63,314 nucleotides of DNA, filler included, from Rhabdomonas costata (GCA_019059605.1; 40 parts of 40 records of this genome joined end to end with filler, not necessarily neighbours in it); one strand, 5' to 3'. Positions 23,898 through 37,004 are shown, numbered from the whole stretch's first letter. The notes: generated from the letters alone by a model not told the origin. Translations and numbers: made by a program.

Positions 23898-24888
23898 CGA
23901 GCTGCAGGAGGATGTTCTGGGGCTTCAGGTCGCAGTGGGCGTAGCCCAGACGGTGGAGGTAGGCCAGACCGTCCAGGACTTGCGCCCCGAAGTGCTGGAC
24001 CAGGGAGAGGGGCATTCCCGAAGGGTAGCCCTCGTCCAGGATCAGGCGAAGGCTGCCCTGTGAAAACGAAACCACTATCTACATCCCGTCTCCAACTCAG
24101 GGTGGCGGGCGGGGGGAGAGATGGTGGCTGTCCAATGATCTTTTTGCTCGGGGACACTCCATGACATCCATGATAGGCTAACACGAATACATGCAAACAC
24201 GCACCGCCACAGCAAATTCCATCTCCAAGTAAGTGAAGTTCTCCAGCGGGGTGGCAGAGTACATCCGGATGATGTTGGGATGCCGAAGCCTGTTAGATTT
24301 GGTATGTTTCTTGACAGGAAAGTGAAGAGAAACGCCGAGGACAGAGAGGAAAACAGGGACACTAACGCGATCATTTTCATTGAATGTGAATCTTTGAATG
24401 GAGGGTGAAAGCACTCAAGAGTTCACGAGTTCTGGATCGCCTCTGCGGGCGGTGAACAGGTCAGCGGAAACGATCTGCAACTTCTCAAAAAAAAAAAAAG
24501 AAGAGGGGAAAGAGCAAACTTAAGGACTGCGCTACCCATGTTGTCTACGAATAAAATGAGGTTCGCGTTCTAAAAATCCTGCAAGGTATTAAACACTGAG
24601 GGTGGTGGGGACTACATCACATACAGCGCCAAGCTGGCCACTTCCGACCTCACGGAAGTTCGGGTGGCCCTGCTGGTGTCAGGGTCCTCGTCACCGTGCC
24701 GGATCACCTTCGTCGCTACCACCACTCCTTTTTTTGTCATCATTTTGGCAACAGCAGCACCTTTGCAACGTTGTGTCACATGCCCTCAGCCCTCTTTGAC
24801 GACCACACGTCCCTCCAGTGGCGGCCACGTTGATGCAAATTGAGGAGATGAAGAACTCAGCCTCACGAGACCTCACGGAATCAAGACC
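23898..24888 (-). CDS. Ser/Thr protein kinase, multi-exon fragment (subdomains I-VIb, HCD catalytic loop)
   Basis: Phase-compatible GT-AG joins of exons ~24625-24760, 24205-24289 and 23898-24057 give VVVATKVIRH...SEVASLALLRHPNIIRMY...YLEMEFAVAGSLRLIL...LAYLHRLGYAHCDLKPQNILL. A divergent G-loop exon (~24807-24888) is less certain. Confidence 0.88.
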
Positions 24889-25684
24889 TGCCCTCTTGAT
24901 CATTATTAGAGGTTACCCACGTCACAAATCCCCGTTCTCGGTCCCTTTTACTGCCTTCTTTCATTTTTCTCTTTGTCTTTCTTTCCCGCATATGCGCTTT
25001 TACTGTGCGAATATCTTACTATCCTACCAAACGGTTAGCACTGCTGCTCAAGTGTCGACAGGCCTCGTACCACATCTGCTGGCACCATTGGATTTTTCAA
25101 ACTTCGGAAATAAGCCGAATTTTGTCGGGCGCAAGGATAAGGAACTCACAGGACCTGAGGGTTTGGGAAGGCAGACAACCACTCCGTAGGAACCTACGCC
25201 CAGCACGTCCTCGCCCCGCCAGCACAGCCGCTCGCTGTGTTGCACAAAACAACAACAACCAAACACCAACANNNNNNNNNNNNNNNNNNNNNNNNNNNNN
25301 NNNNNNNNNNNNNNNTTAATTAATTAANNNNNNNNNNNNNNNNNNNNNNNNNNNNNNNNNNNNNNNNNNNNGTGTTGGGTGTGTGTGGTTGGGGTGTGGT
25401 GGGGTCAGGAGCCAAAAAGCCCGAAAACCGGCCCTTGACACCACAATTTGGGCTATTTTCAGCTGTAAAGCGTTTTGTGGTGCTTTTCCCGCGGCTACGA
25501 CGCCAAAAAAGGGGGGCGGGCCACCTTGTCCGACCTGTACTGCAGCTCTGTCTCCGGGTTTCCCGATTTGGACCCTTCCAAAACCTTGGCCAGATTTCTA
25601 CCCAGATTTATTTTTTAAAAATCGGCTTTCCACCCGGCCCGCGGGGCTGGAATCGGCTTCCGGGCTCCAGCTGTGCTTTTTTTC

Positions 25685-25763
25685 GAACTGGAGCGGGGTT
25701 TGAACCCGGGACACTGTATAACAGGTGCGTGTTTGGCAGGTTAAGCCAACACGCACCACCAGG
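25685..25763 (-). mobile_element. tRNA-derived SINE-like head or tRNA pseudogene (Pol III A- and B-box)
   Basis: Minus strand has an A-box-like TGGTGCGTGTTGG and a B-box/T-arm GGGTTCAAACCC at tRNA-like spacing. The acceptor and anticodon stems do not form properly. Confidence 0.5.
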
Positions 25764-27041
25764 GAAGAAAAAGCGATTTTTCAGGATCCTTAGTTTTTTT
25801 GCTTGCTGTCCCTTGCGGGACCCCTCCCCGCTCAGGGCATCATCGCCCCATGGGCCACACCAACGAGCCGATCGACAAAATGAAGAACAAGGAGAGGCGG
25901 GCGGGGTACGCCGGAAACGGCCGAACACGAAACTGGGGGCGGTGGAACGAGGGCGCCGTTGAACAACCAAGGGTTTCGGTTCGGAGAGGGTGCTGCTTGG
26001 AAATGGAGAGCAACAAATTGCCCCAACTCAGCAATGGTACAAACCACGACAAAAGAGGAAGACGCGTAAGCTTTCCGTTTCGTCACAATTACCAAAATAA
26101 GGTCGAGACTGGGGTGTCTAAATTTGTAAAACATTAAAAGTAGGGTAAACAGGCTTATGTTATGTTATGTTGCATTTGGGCCCTAGACATTGTAGAAAAG
26201 CATACCTGAGCATCAAATGAGGAAGTACACAATCCGTACGCACGAGCGGAGGAAGCGCTGCTGGCATACCCGCCTTCAAAAACGATCCGCTGGGATCCGC
26301 CTACTAGGGATGGTAAATCATGTGGAACACACCGCCTAACGTCAAGATTCCAACAAAACGTCATAAACTATACGAGTCGTTGCTTCAATTTAGTCAATGG
26401 AGACAATCCAGTTCGCTCCACCTTCATGTCACGTATGCTGTTGAAAAGGTTGAATTTCGACGCTGAAAGCTATTCTGGGTGGAGTACTCGGCCGGCACCG
26501 TTCAGAGGGCTTCCCGGGGCTGGAACTAGAGGTGTTTTCGGACAAAACGGGTCGTTGTTGGTGCCCATCAGCACATTTTTGCATCAAGCAGCGAGAGAAA
26601 TTAAAACCTGAGGGGAGATAATAATGAGGGTGGTGAGTAGGCTGCGTAATATGGTGGGGAGTGGGGATAAGCGAGCTGGGGCTTCATGCTTCAGCGGGGA
26701 GGAATTGCGGGAGTGGCAGATGATAATCGACATTCTGCGATATTGAGGGCTGCGGGGGGGGCTATGGAGCTGGACAGTCGGCAGTGTGCGGGCATGTATG
26801 GGGTGGTACGCAGAAATGTGGGTGCGCAGTTTTTACGCAGCCTACTCACCACCCCCCNNNNNNNNNNNNNNNNNNNNNNNNNNNNNNNNNNNNNNNNNNN
26901 NTTAATTAATTAANNNNNNNNNNNNNNNNNNNNNNNNNNNNNNNNNNNNNNNNNNNNGGGGGGGTGGGTACACCTTTATGAGTCACAATGTGACATAGCA
27001 GCTGCAGGTTAATGTGTTCCTGAGTCTCATTGCACGTGCAG

Positions 27042-28331
27042 GTTGCGGTGGAGGGGACGATGCTGGACCGGATCCGCGGACTGGTGCTGCGGCTGTCGCG
27101 GCCAGACTTCGTGTGGAGGCTGTCCTCCCTGGAGCAGCTGCTGACGCTTTGCGAGAAGCACCACAGGGACGTCCGCAAGAACGCGGTGGAGGGGTTCACG
27201 TATGCCTCGTCCCTCTTTTCCCAATTCTTTCTCTCTCTGCTTCTCTGCTTTTTTGTTTCGTGGACTATTGGACAATTTGTCGGTCGAGGAATCCCTGTTG
27301 ATTACTTGTGAGGAAGACGGCATTTGAGATTTCGATAACTGGGAGGTCGTTGGGAGGTTGGGACCTGTCTCAGAAGTCGGAAAGCGCGTAAGGGCATATG
27401 TCCTGGACGGATGGAACGGCCGGTTGCCCTGCCGAGGCGGAGTTCATTCACACCGTGCTCTTTGATCATCTGAATCATCTTCTGTCCTTCATGAAGATTC
27501 AGTGACGATCCTGATGAGGGGTGGAGGTCCCTTTTCCATCCTATGGGCAATCAATCCATATTTATTCTCTCTCTCCTTCTGTTTCTGCGCTAATGCTCGT
27601 CGCCAATTTCACAGTGACCTATGGTTGAACGGGATGCTTCCTCGGGACCGCAAGCTGAAGGAGTTTGCTGAGCAGCCGTTTGTGCGCCTCTGTGATGTAC
27701 CGCTTCTCACATCGGGACTTTAGCATGCATATCGTTAGGGAATTCGTTCCCGCTTGCTCCCTGAGTAGTGTCTGGAGTCGCATGATTCGTGGTTTGTTTT
27801 TTCCTGCGTCAATCTTGTCAAATTATTGATAGCATTGCTGCTGTCACTGCTCTCTGCGGTGTTTTTCGCATTAGAGTGCTGATTCAGTGGTACATCGAGG
27901 ACCGCCTGAAGCAGTTCTGCTCCCGGTTTGTCGGGGCACTAGCCGCTGGGATGGCGGACCAGCTGCTGTTCATGAAGGCGTTCATGCTGAAGACGGTGTA
28001 CAAGCTGCTCACTACTGTTCCTGAGGTATGCCTCCCCCCGCCTCGCCCCCCAAACGCACAATTATTGATTCTACCGAGCGCGCAACAAAATTGCGTGATT
28101 CGACCTTCTTGTTAACAGCGATCCCCGAGGAACTCTCGTCGGTGTCATCGGTTGTCGATGGTGTGACAGTGTGACTTTTGCGTGCTTTGTTTGGTGGTGG
28201 TGGTGGACCCCCTACTCCTTTGGCTTTTTTGGCACATGGGTGAGCTGTGGTTGTTGCTCCCAGCAAGAGGAAGCCCTGCTTGCCCTGCTGACGGACAAGC
28301 TCGGGGACAAGGCCAAAGTGATGGCTGCACG
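27042..28331 (+). CDS. CEBPZ: CEBPZ/Mak21/Noc1 ribosome biogenesis factor, five exons
   Basis: Exons 27042-27199, 27615-27696, 27769-27788, 27875-28025 and 28264-28331 (all GT-AG, in phase) give EGTMLDRI...LEQLL...DLWLNGMLPRDRKLKEFAEQPF...LIQWYIEDRLK...LLTTVPEQEEALLALLTDKLGD. Confidence 0.9.
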
Positions 28332-28542
28332 GTGTGCGCTCGCTGTGCGAAAAGCTCTTCCTCTTCACTTCCCCCGCACACCCTCACTCACCCTTTGCCC
28401 GGGGCACCGCCAACCCGTAAATTTTTCACGGGGTGTGTACGANNNNNNNNNNNNNNNNNNNNNNNNNNNNNNNNNNNNNNNNNNNNTTAATTAATTAANN
28501 NNNNNNNNNNNNNNNNNNNNNNNNNNNNNNNNNNNNNNNNNN

Positions 28543-28718
28543 GTGGTGTTTGCTGTGTGGTGGACAATGTTGACCCTTTTTCTGGAAGCACAAAACGCAG
28601 CTTGCCGAGAGGGCGTCCTGAGAAAGTTCCGGGTAGTTGGGACCCACCACTTCGGCGGAGCCGCGTTTTGTGCTTCCAGAAAAAGGGTCAACATTGTCCA
28701 CCACACAGCAAAGACCAC
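28543..28718. repeat. Long near-perfect inverted repeat at contig start (fold-back)
   Basis: Arms of about 60 nt (28543-28605 and ~28651-28718) are reverse complements. Similar terminal fold-backs occur at 33303-33460, 47330-47472, 56813-56973 and 63239-63305. Confidence 0.9.
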
Positions 28719-31700
28719 ACGAAGCTGTGAAAATGCCGGGGGTTCAATTTTGTTCGGCAAGATTCCCTTTGCGCCCGTTCCCCCTTTCGACCACCAGCTT
28801 CATCATAGATCCAAAACCAATGATGTCAAAACCAATGAAGGCAGCAATTTGGGGAAACAGGGAACAGGGCACTGGCGTAATTGTGACATGTTGTCATGAT
28901 CTTTTCCGCATTTGGACCCTCACCCCCCATGCATTCGTTATTTTTGTCTCGTAAACTATGGTGTGCGCTATATCAAAAGTTAGAGTTACAGCCGAAACAA
29001 GATTGTCCAAAAATAAACCACGGTATCTCAAAGGCGAGATGTGATGGGACTCATATGGTCGTTCCAATGTTCGAGAAAGGCTGAAAAACTCCTGAAACAC
29101 CCATGAGAACCATGTCACTATGTCGCCTTTTCAGAGCGCCGTTTGCAAACATACCTGTTCCCAACAACCCTGCTGTATATCCTTTGCGACCTTTAAACAG
29201 ACATTCCACAACACACTTTTTTCCTAGGAACTATCGCTTGTAACGTAAAAATGCCTCCTTTCGATTGCATCTTAAAAACTCTCACTTTTAAGATGGCAAA
29301 CATCTGCAGGAGGTTGCATATCCGAAAGCTGAATACGAAACGCAGCCTTTGCTGTGCAAACAGAAAGACACCACAAAAGAATGACTGAATGATTGAGTGA
29401 GTGCAGTGACTAACACTGCGACAGAATAGAGGGAGGGAAGACGGTCGCCACAGACCACCACCCCAAGCACATCAGCTGTCGATGAAGCCAGGATGATGGC
29501 GAGTGGCCAGTGTAAGAACAGAGATGGGGAGGAGATGATGCAAAACTAAGAGGGCACACTACCGTTTCACCGTTGGAAAATCAATTGAAAGGGACAGGGG
29601 CGGGAACACAAGATAACTGCACACAAGATACAAAAAAGTTTTGCGAGGACACACTGGTGCTGACTTCGATGCAGCACTCACGCGAGGCATCATCTGCTCT
29701 GATAAAGAAAGCGCTCGATGCAAAGGATGGGGGAGGGGTCAGGGAGTGGGGGAGGAAGATCTTAAACAGAAAACCCTCGTACAAAACGCGCTTTTCTGCT
29801 CGGCACTACCGAGCAGAAAAGCAATTAATATTCCGACCCTCGCCAAAGCGTGCAAGTAGATAGGGCGACCAGGAAAAACGCACCGCAACGTGCATTATTC
29901 CAACGTGTGAACTGAAACAGGAGATGTCAATGAAAAGGATAAAGGCAAATGCTGGCTCCATCGCTTTCTCCTTGAGCTGCCATCCACACCCGACTTTTTG
30001 AAGTCTTGAAGTCATTCATCTTGGCTCNNNNNNNNNNNNNNNNNNNNNNNNNNNNNNNNNNNNNNNNNNNNTTAATTAATTAANNNNNNNNNNNNNNNNN
30101 NNNNNNNNNNNNNNNNNNNNNNNNNNNGTTTGCTTCCTACTAAATGGGACATCCTGTCAAAACAGCGCTTGGCCGCTCCAGAATAGAAGAAAATTCGGAA
30201 GTCCCCTCACGACTGTGCTCCGGACCTTGTGGTGGCATCCTCGTATTGTTTCCTTTGCGTCTTTTTTTGACCCAGCGGGGACCGGAATCCAAGGAAATTT
30301 TGGTATTTTGGAGCTTTTCAATTTGGTGTTGACGGGGTGCCGTTCGCCGCTCCTGGATGGAACCCGGGTTGCCGGCGGGACGTCGTTTGCCTAGCAGCGC
30401 CCGATTGGCCAGTCCTGTTAGAAGAAACCGATGGGTCCCACGGAGCATTCCTTTTAAAGAGCAATATTTTGATGTTTAGTTCACCCAAAAGGCCTCACCA
30501 TCTCTTCTTGCTTGGTTCCCTCCCCCCACCCCTTTGTACTGGAACATGCGGGAAACGTTGCCTCCAGGGTTTTTGTTGCGCAGCCAATTGGGGGAAGACC
30601 TTGCCTCACTGAATCGGCCTGCGTCCTCAGCAAGTCTATCTTATCTTGCGTCGAGATTCCGAGGTTGGGCACAATTTGGTACCACATCCGCTTTCAATTC
30701 CAAAAATCGAACGGAACGGAACGCCTCTGGATCTTACCTCCACTTGCCGTTGAACTTTCGGACACCATGTCCTTTCATTGCTCCACTTTTTGAGTGTTTT
30801 GCGGATGGGCCTTCTTTGTCCCCATTTGGTGGAACCAAAAGTGCCCTTCCATAAACGGCTTGCTTTCACTTTGCTTTTACGGTAATGGGTACGGGATGCT
30901 TTGTGCCACCGTGTGGGGGGCAAAATACCTGGTAGTGGGAGTGGGCCCCTCCCGTTCCCTTCCGCCAAAAACCGCGCGCAGAGGTATTCCATTCACGGCT
31001 TTCTGCTTGGATGGGCGCGGGCGTTGCAGGAGACATGAACCTGCCATCACCACCTTTTCCGCCAAATTTCGGAAATACAAGGGGTAGCTATTTGGACAAA
31101 AACGTCACAAACCAACGCGGGGCAAAGTCCCAACGGGTGCGTGTGTCGCTAACCGGCCTGGTGCCGGCCATCAAAATGCCCGTTGTACCCGTTCTTTTGA
31201 TCGTTCTTTCTTCGGTCTTCTTGCCCAGGCGCCGGCAGGAAGTCCGGGCAAAAGCCAAAGGGGCATAGGTGGTTCCCTTGGTCCCGGCGGCCCGGAAGCG
31301 GCACAGGGCTGCAGCGGAATAGAAGAAGAATTTGAAACCGTGACCGGAATGTTGGAACTTGGGTGCTTCAAATCTTGCTTGCGCTATGCTTTCGGGACCA
31401 AGTGGCGCGGATCTTTGTGGTGGCTCCTGTTGTTTCCCTTTGCGTGTTTTTATGACCCGCCGCGACCCAGTTGAGGGTCAAACTTCGCTTCAAAACGAAA
31501 AGCACCCATTTTTCTCAAGCCAGGGAACAAAAAAAGCACCCCAGTTTTTCGTCGAGTTTCACAGCGCAATTCTCGAACAGGAAGACGAAAGCGCAGCAAA
31601 ATGCACACACCCNNNNNNNNNNNNNNNNNNNNNNNNNNNNNNNNNNNNNNNNNNNNTTAATTAATTAANNNNNNNNNNNNNNNNNNNNNNNNNNNNNNNN

Positions 31701-31847
31701 NNNNNNNNNNNNTGGGTGGGGAGTCTCGCTGAGGGGGACGTGGGTTGGTGCCCGCGCGCCCGGGAGGTGGAGTACACGGGGTGGGAACCGCGTGTTCAGG
31801 AGTGAGCCGTCATATGGGGGCGGTGGGCGTTGGTGTTGGCTGGTCGG

Positions 31848-31878
<31 letters not shown>

Positions 31879-31939
31879 CACCGCCCTCGGGAGAACAGGG
31901 AACACCTGCCCACGTACCCCCCTTGCGTCCGGCAGAACT

Positions 31940-32390
31940 TGGTGAGGTTGTGATGTTCTCCTTGCACTCCCCGACAGAGACACGCTGCTTGGCGGAGGAG
32001 AAACCGGTGAGCTTGTCCAAAAAGCCGTGGCCTCCTCCTCAGCTTCAAAGGTGGACAAAGGTGGAGGATGGGTTCAGCTTGACGTTGACAGCCACGCCGA
32101 CCGGCTGAAAGAGCCGAAGGGCGTCGGAAACCAATTTATGAAGAACCCCAAGTTCCACCAAACGGCAAATAGTCTCGCCAGGTCATCGGGCTTCTTGAGC
32201 GGTACCAGGTTTCCGGATGTGAGAAAAGGGCACCATCTCATCCGGCAGAGAGCCCGCCGCTGCGAGGTTGCGCATCGTGAAGATCCTTAACCAACTTGAC
32301 AAGCGTCGATTCGTCATCTGCGCTGTCCTGCGCCCAGCCCTCATTGCTTTCGGGTGGCGAGAATTCCGTCTTCCATCTGTCGCCATCTGT
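31940..32390 (-). mobile_element. Decayed CRE/SLACS-like reverse transcriptase (N-terminal RT motifs)
   Basis: Frameshifted segments NLAAAGSLPDEMVPF / SGNLVPLKKPDDLARLFAV / VLHKLVSDALRLFQP.VGVAV / AEPILH / KL.GFSSAKQRVS follow CRE-type RT (NL...G..P....P.....L..L.K.DG..RPIAVG...RRLVSK...QLGV....EAI.H...D..NAFN.VS). Confidence 0.7.
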
Positions 32391-33134
32391 TGCTATTTAA
32401 GCGGAATTTTCGACCATTCCTCATTAGTTTCTATATAAGTTTCTATATATGTTTTACATTTCGAATGTTCCACCCATCAATTATTACACCGCCTTCCGGG
32501 AACAGAGTCATTTTAGTGGTGAAGGAGGGAGAGAGGGCAGCTGAGGCAGGGAAGTTATCTGTGGGAGTGAGGTTTTTTGTGGTCATGCGCACCAAAGCCG
32601 TTACATGAAATGGGTTTTCGGGTCGCCGAGCAAACCGGCATTGTTTTTGTACCTCATCGTCTAACGACGATGAATCAAAAAGACCGTTTAACAACCTTAC
32701 CCCCATGACCCAAAAGGAGTGGTTGGGATCGCTTTTGAGCAGCTCTTCTTTGAGAATCGGGCTGTGTTGTTTTTTCTCCGAATGCAATCCTCTGCGTTGA
32801 CCACTGGAAAGGTGTGGAAAGCCCATTCTTGAGCTGACCGCCTTTCCTTTTCGAATGCACCCTGTTCTTTTTTTCTGCAGAAATTTTCAGTGGAGGACCT
32901 AACTTTGCGACCCGCTGAGCCTGGCACGTTGGTACATGAATGGGAACACAGTTGGTATGTTTGTCCTGCACCCCTGCAGCAAAAACGCACCACCTGAGAT
33001 GTCGGATTTCTACTTGCAAGGCTACGTTGCCTCTAAAATCCCTTGGACATTGTAGCCAATTTTTTGTGCCGCATTTCTTGGGTCATATTTCCCCGTCTTA
33101 TCGGCATTTTTTGTTTGGGAGAATTGGTGGATAT

Positions 33135-33136
<2 letters not shown>

Positions 33137-33194
<58 letters not shown>
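33137..33194. repeat. (CA)n microsatellite
   Basis: About 29 CA units. Other simple repeats: (CA)n 31851-31878, (GT/GCGT)n 42919-42962, (TG)n 43949-43982, (TCGC)n 51853-51882. Confidence 0.95.
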
Positions 33195-33195
<1 letters not shown>

Positions 33196-33851
33196 GTGCA
33201 NNNNNNNNNNNNNNNNNNNNNNNNNNNNNNNNNNNNNNNNNNNNTTAATTAATTAANNNNNNNNNNNNNNNNNNNNNNNNNNNNNNNNNNNNNNNNNNNN
33301 GTGGGGGTTTAGGGACAAGAAAATGGAATCCCCCCTGTTTTTTCCCGTTTTGCGCTGCTCACTGCCACAAGGGAAATCACCCAGGCGTTTCGGACACCTC
33401 TCACTCGGCCAAAGGCGGAAAGAAACAGGGGGGATTCCATTTTCTTGTCCCTAAACACCCTTCCCTGCAGGCTGTGACATGGACGTTGCCAGTGGATGCT
33501 AAGTTTTTTTTTACTTTGGGACAGCTCTGAATGTTTGCTACCGTTTCTGCATGTTCGCGAAATAAAAAGACGGAAAGAAAACGTAAAGGTTGAAGGAAGG
33601 TGTAGGGGAAGAAAGGTGTCCCAAACCAAACAAAGACGCGCATGCAGAAACTTGAAGAGAGAGAGTGTGTGTGTGTCTGACTGAAAGGGAATCGGCTTTA
33701 TCTCAAGTCTGATTCATTTGTGTCGGTGATTCAACGAGCGTGTTGCCACTCCTACCCCTCGTAATCTTCTGAAAATGCGTGTGAACTCCAATCGAATATT
33801 TTCCACCGGTGAGGATTGAATCGTCAGACGGGTGCCCACCTCAGCGCAAAC

Positions 33852-34525
33852 CTTGATGAAAGGCGCTGAGAGTTCATGGTTTCGGCTCGGGCGGTGTGCG
33901 GTGAGATGGTGGAGATGGTGCTCCAAGAACTGAGATCATCCCTCTCCATCACCTTTCCTGATTGCACATTGTCTTTCAAGGTGAAAGCCCAAAAGAGAGG
34001 GTGGGGTGGGGGGTCAAGGGAGCCAGGACATACCGCAGCAAAACGAGAGTCTTAACCTTCGCCGTGCTCAGCAAAGAGTCCAGGAGCTCGCACACCGCTT
34101 CAGTAATCTGCAGAAGGGAGGGAGAGCGAGTGATTGTGTGGGTGTAGGTGGATGTCCGCCTCTGTGCTGGGCATTGTGTGTGAACAGCATTGGCTGGTTG
34201 ACTGAAAGAAAATTTGGGGTTCAGCACCGAAAAAAAAAAGGGCAGCAATCTCAAACCCCTATGCACTCTCTCCTCCGAGAGTTCCTCTCTCGCAACCTAC
34301 GGCCCCACCAACCCAATCATATACCACGGTGTCCTCCACCAGTACAGCCCTGACGTGCAGCGAGGGCAGCAGCTGGTCCGTCAGCAGGACCCGGAGCTGC
34401 CTCAGCGACACCCCCTGAGAGGGAGCAGGACCGTGCCCCTCGGAGCAAAAGCTGTCGCTGCCAGTTCCAAGCTCATCCCCATCTCCCAAGGCAGCTGTGG
34501 CCTCGGCGTCATCCCCGCAAGGGCC
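33852..34525 (-). CDS. Hypothetical protein, three phase-compatible exons
   Basis: Exons 34325-34525, 34034-34107 and 33852-33957 join via GT-AG in phase: GPCGDDAE...LRVLLTDQLLPSLHVRAVLVEDTV-ITEAVCELLDSLLSTAKVKTLVLLR-KGDGEDDLSSWST. No family recognised. Confidence 0.6.
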
Positions 34526-34884
34526 CTACGCAGCACAACGGGAAAACGACAAGTGACCGAAGCCTTGTGACAAGTTCCACGAACAACGCTCCGGAACATC
34601 CAGAATGCTCACGTAATCAAGAGATTTCTTAATATATATTCAGAGAATCATTGCCAACCAATGAAGCAAGAAAGTTGGTGAGGGCAATCAAATAAATGTG
34701 TTTGCAATTCGTCGCTAGAAGGAAACTGCCATTGCAAATCACCCCACGCCAAAACACACACATTCACACACAGACCACACACCCNNNNNNNNNNNNNNNN
34801 NNNNNNNNNNNNNNNNNNNNNNNNNNNNTTAATTAATTAANNNNNNNNNNNNNNNNNNNNNNNNNNNNNNNNNNNNNNNNNNNN

Positions 34885-35860
34885 GTTGGTTGGTGCGCCC
34901 GTCGCGGAGGTTGCCGGGGTGATACCGGAACTCGTCCACCGTTGCTGCCACCCCCATGTGCCACGGGCGCATCAAGCAACCAACGTGATAGTAGTACATG
35001 GACATGTCGACGCTGACCAAGCCACGCTTGTAGAAATTGCACCAACGAAGGGCAGAGGCGAACTGCCGCGACGGGATTTCATCAACGTCGGACACCAGGA
35101 CCTGGGGGAAGGGGAGGTGGTGCATCCTTACTATTTGCCCCCAAAACCTCCCTAATAATGTTCCGGAAGGATGCCGTACAAAAGCATTTCATAATTTCTG
35201 CCTCGCTTGGGGGGAGGGGTTCAGCAAATGTGCTAGCAAAAATATTCCACAGCAAAAAAGAAAAAGCAAAGACCCACACAGAACCACGTCACTCGCTTCG
35301 GCGTCACGAAGACCGGCAGCTGCCGCCAGTTGCCGCTGGCCCTTCTCGCGGGCCCAAAAGTTCCCGGAGATGAACCGTGACATATCAGGCTGTACCCGCT
35401 GAATTTTGTACGCAGAAAAGTTCCCCTGTGCTGCTTTGAACCATAGAGGCTTGGGGCGACCAGAGTAAGTCACGTTGGACTCCCCCAGAATGTGGGTGTA
35501 CACCTCCGTCTTCAGCTCCTCCAGCCGAATGCGCAGAACATCAAACTCGTCAATGAAAGGGAAGACGTCGTACAGCTTGGCTGGGGTCGACCTGGGCTTG
35601 CCACCAGGAAGCATCTCGCACAACGTTGGAAGATTCGCCGGGGGCACCATTGTGGGAAGTTTGAAATCCGCCGGCGACCGGATGGTGTTCAGTGTGGTCC
35701 AATTTGGCCGTTCGGTGCTGGCGGACTGAGCTGTTGGGAGTGTTTTGCTGGCTGTTGCAGAGACACCAAAAAGGTGTCTGTTCTGTACCAAAGGGATGAG
35801 AAAAAGCACGGCAATGCCCACCACCGTTACGCTGCAGGCACATATAGTTGCCTTGGACAT
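34885..35860 (-). CDS. GT17 (MGAT3/GnT-III-like beta-1,4-N-acetylglucosaminyltransferase), 5' part
   Basis: Signal anchor, then YDVFPFIDEFDVLRIRLEEL...ESNVTYSGRPKPLWF...WAREKGQR (exon 35285-35860), spliced to VLVSDVDEIP...YYY (exon 34885-35101). Confidence 0.92.
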
Positions 35861-36483
35861 CTATCAGGGAAAAGGTTTGCACTGTACAGACAAAAAGGCA
35901 CCGAGCAGTCACAATTCCAAATTCAATTCATCCAACAAATCCTGACGAACAAGAAATTTTCCTCCTTGGAAGGAGAAGCCAAAGCTGCAAAGCTGGCCTT
36001 TTTATCGCTGGACCAGGAAAAGTTGAACCTTGGCTTCAGGTGTTCAACGGTACAGCGTTGTTGGGCAGTATATTCCTTTTGCCTTTCGGAATTACGTCGT
36101 TATAGGACAAAAAGTCCTGGTACCAGTGTTGAGGATTTTAGCAGTCCGACGGCGAGGAGCCCCGGACGGCGAGCGCCCGGGAACCAACCCGGCTTTACGC
36201 AGCAGACAAGGGTACAAACTGCCGTTGCTGCAAACGTTAGCTTGTTCCCCACGTTTCAAGCCTTTTCTGTGCGCGAACAATAAACGTTTCGAACGTACAA
36301 CCTAGCCTGTGGTGGAGTCCCTCGATAGCAATTGCTTTTGACCAAGCAATCAAACTTATCCCAAAACCCNNNNNNNNNNNNNNNNNNNNNNNNNNNNNNN
36401 NNNNNNNNNNNNNTTAATTAATTAANNNNNNNNNNNNNNNNNNNNNNNNNNNNNNNNNNNNNNNNNNNNTGTTTTTTTTGCAG

Positions 36484-37004
36484 GACCTGAATGAGCATGT
36501 TTGCAAATTTCGGTCCACCCTTGACCAGCTTACACCTGAGAATTCTACTGCGCTTGCTGGGCGGCTGTGGGAGTTTGTGGCGGAAAACTTCGACCTAGTT
36601 GAAGACCACTTGGAACTGCTCGCCTCCGCGGTGCACGATATCGCTTTGTGTAAACCCACATTCTGTGGATTGGTTGCTGACGTTGCCTACGAACTCTATC
36701 GAAAGTTTGGCGAACTTTCCACCGAGGTTGTGGTTTTGGTTGTCCTACTACCTGACAGGATTGTTGGGTGTTTTTTCTGGACGTAAATATTTTGCGCTCC
36801 TACAGAAATGCTGAGTGAGTGGGCATTTTTGGCTCCTTTGGGTCGATCGGGGTGGTCATGTGCTTTCAGTGAGCTGTACTCCAACTTGCGAGTCCTCCTT
36901 TATTGCAGGAGAACACACATGTCGGGTCTTCGACCTACGCGAAGAAGTTCCGGGATGTCCTCGTCAGAAAATGCCATCGTCGGTTTTCCGAGGGCCTTTC
37001 CCAG
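36484..37004 (+). CDS. MIF4G-domain protein (eIF4G-like), two exons
   Basis: KFRSTLDQLTPEN...VHDIALCKPTFCGLVADVAYEL (36484-36726) joined in phase to KKFRDVLVRKCHRRF (36909-37004). Confidence 0.8.
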
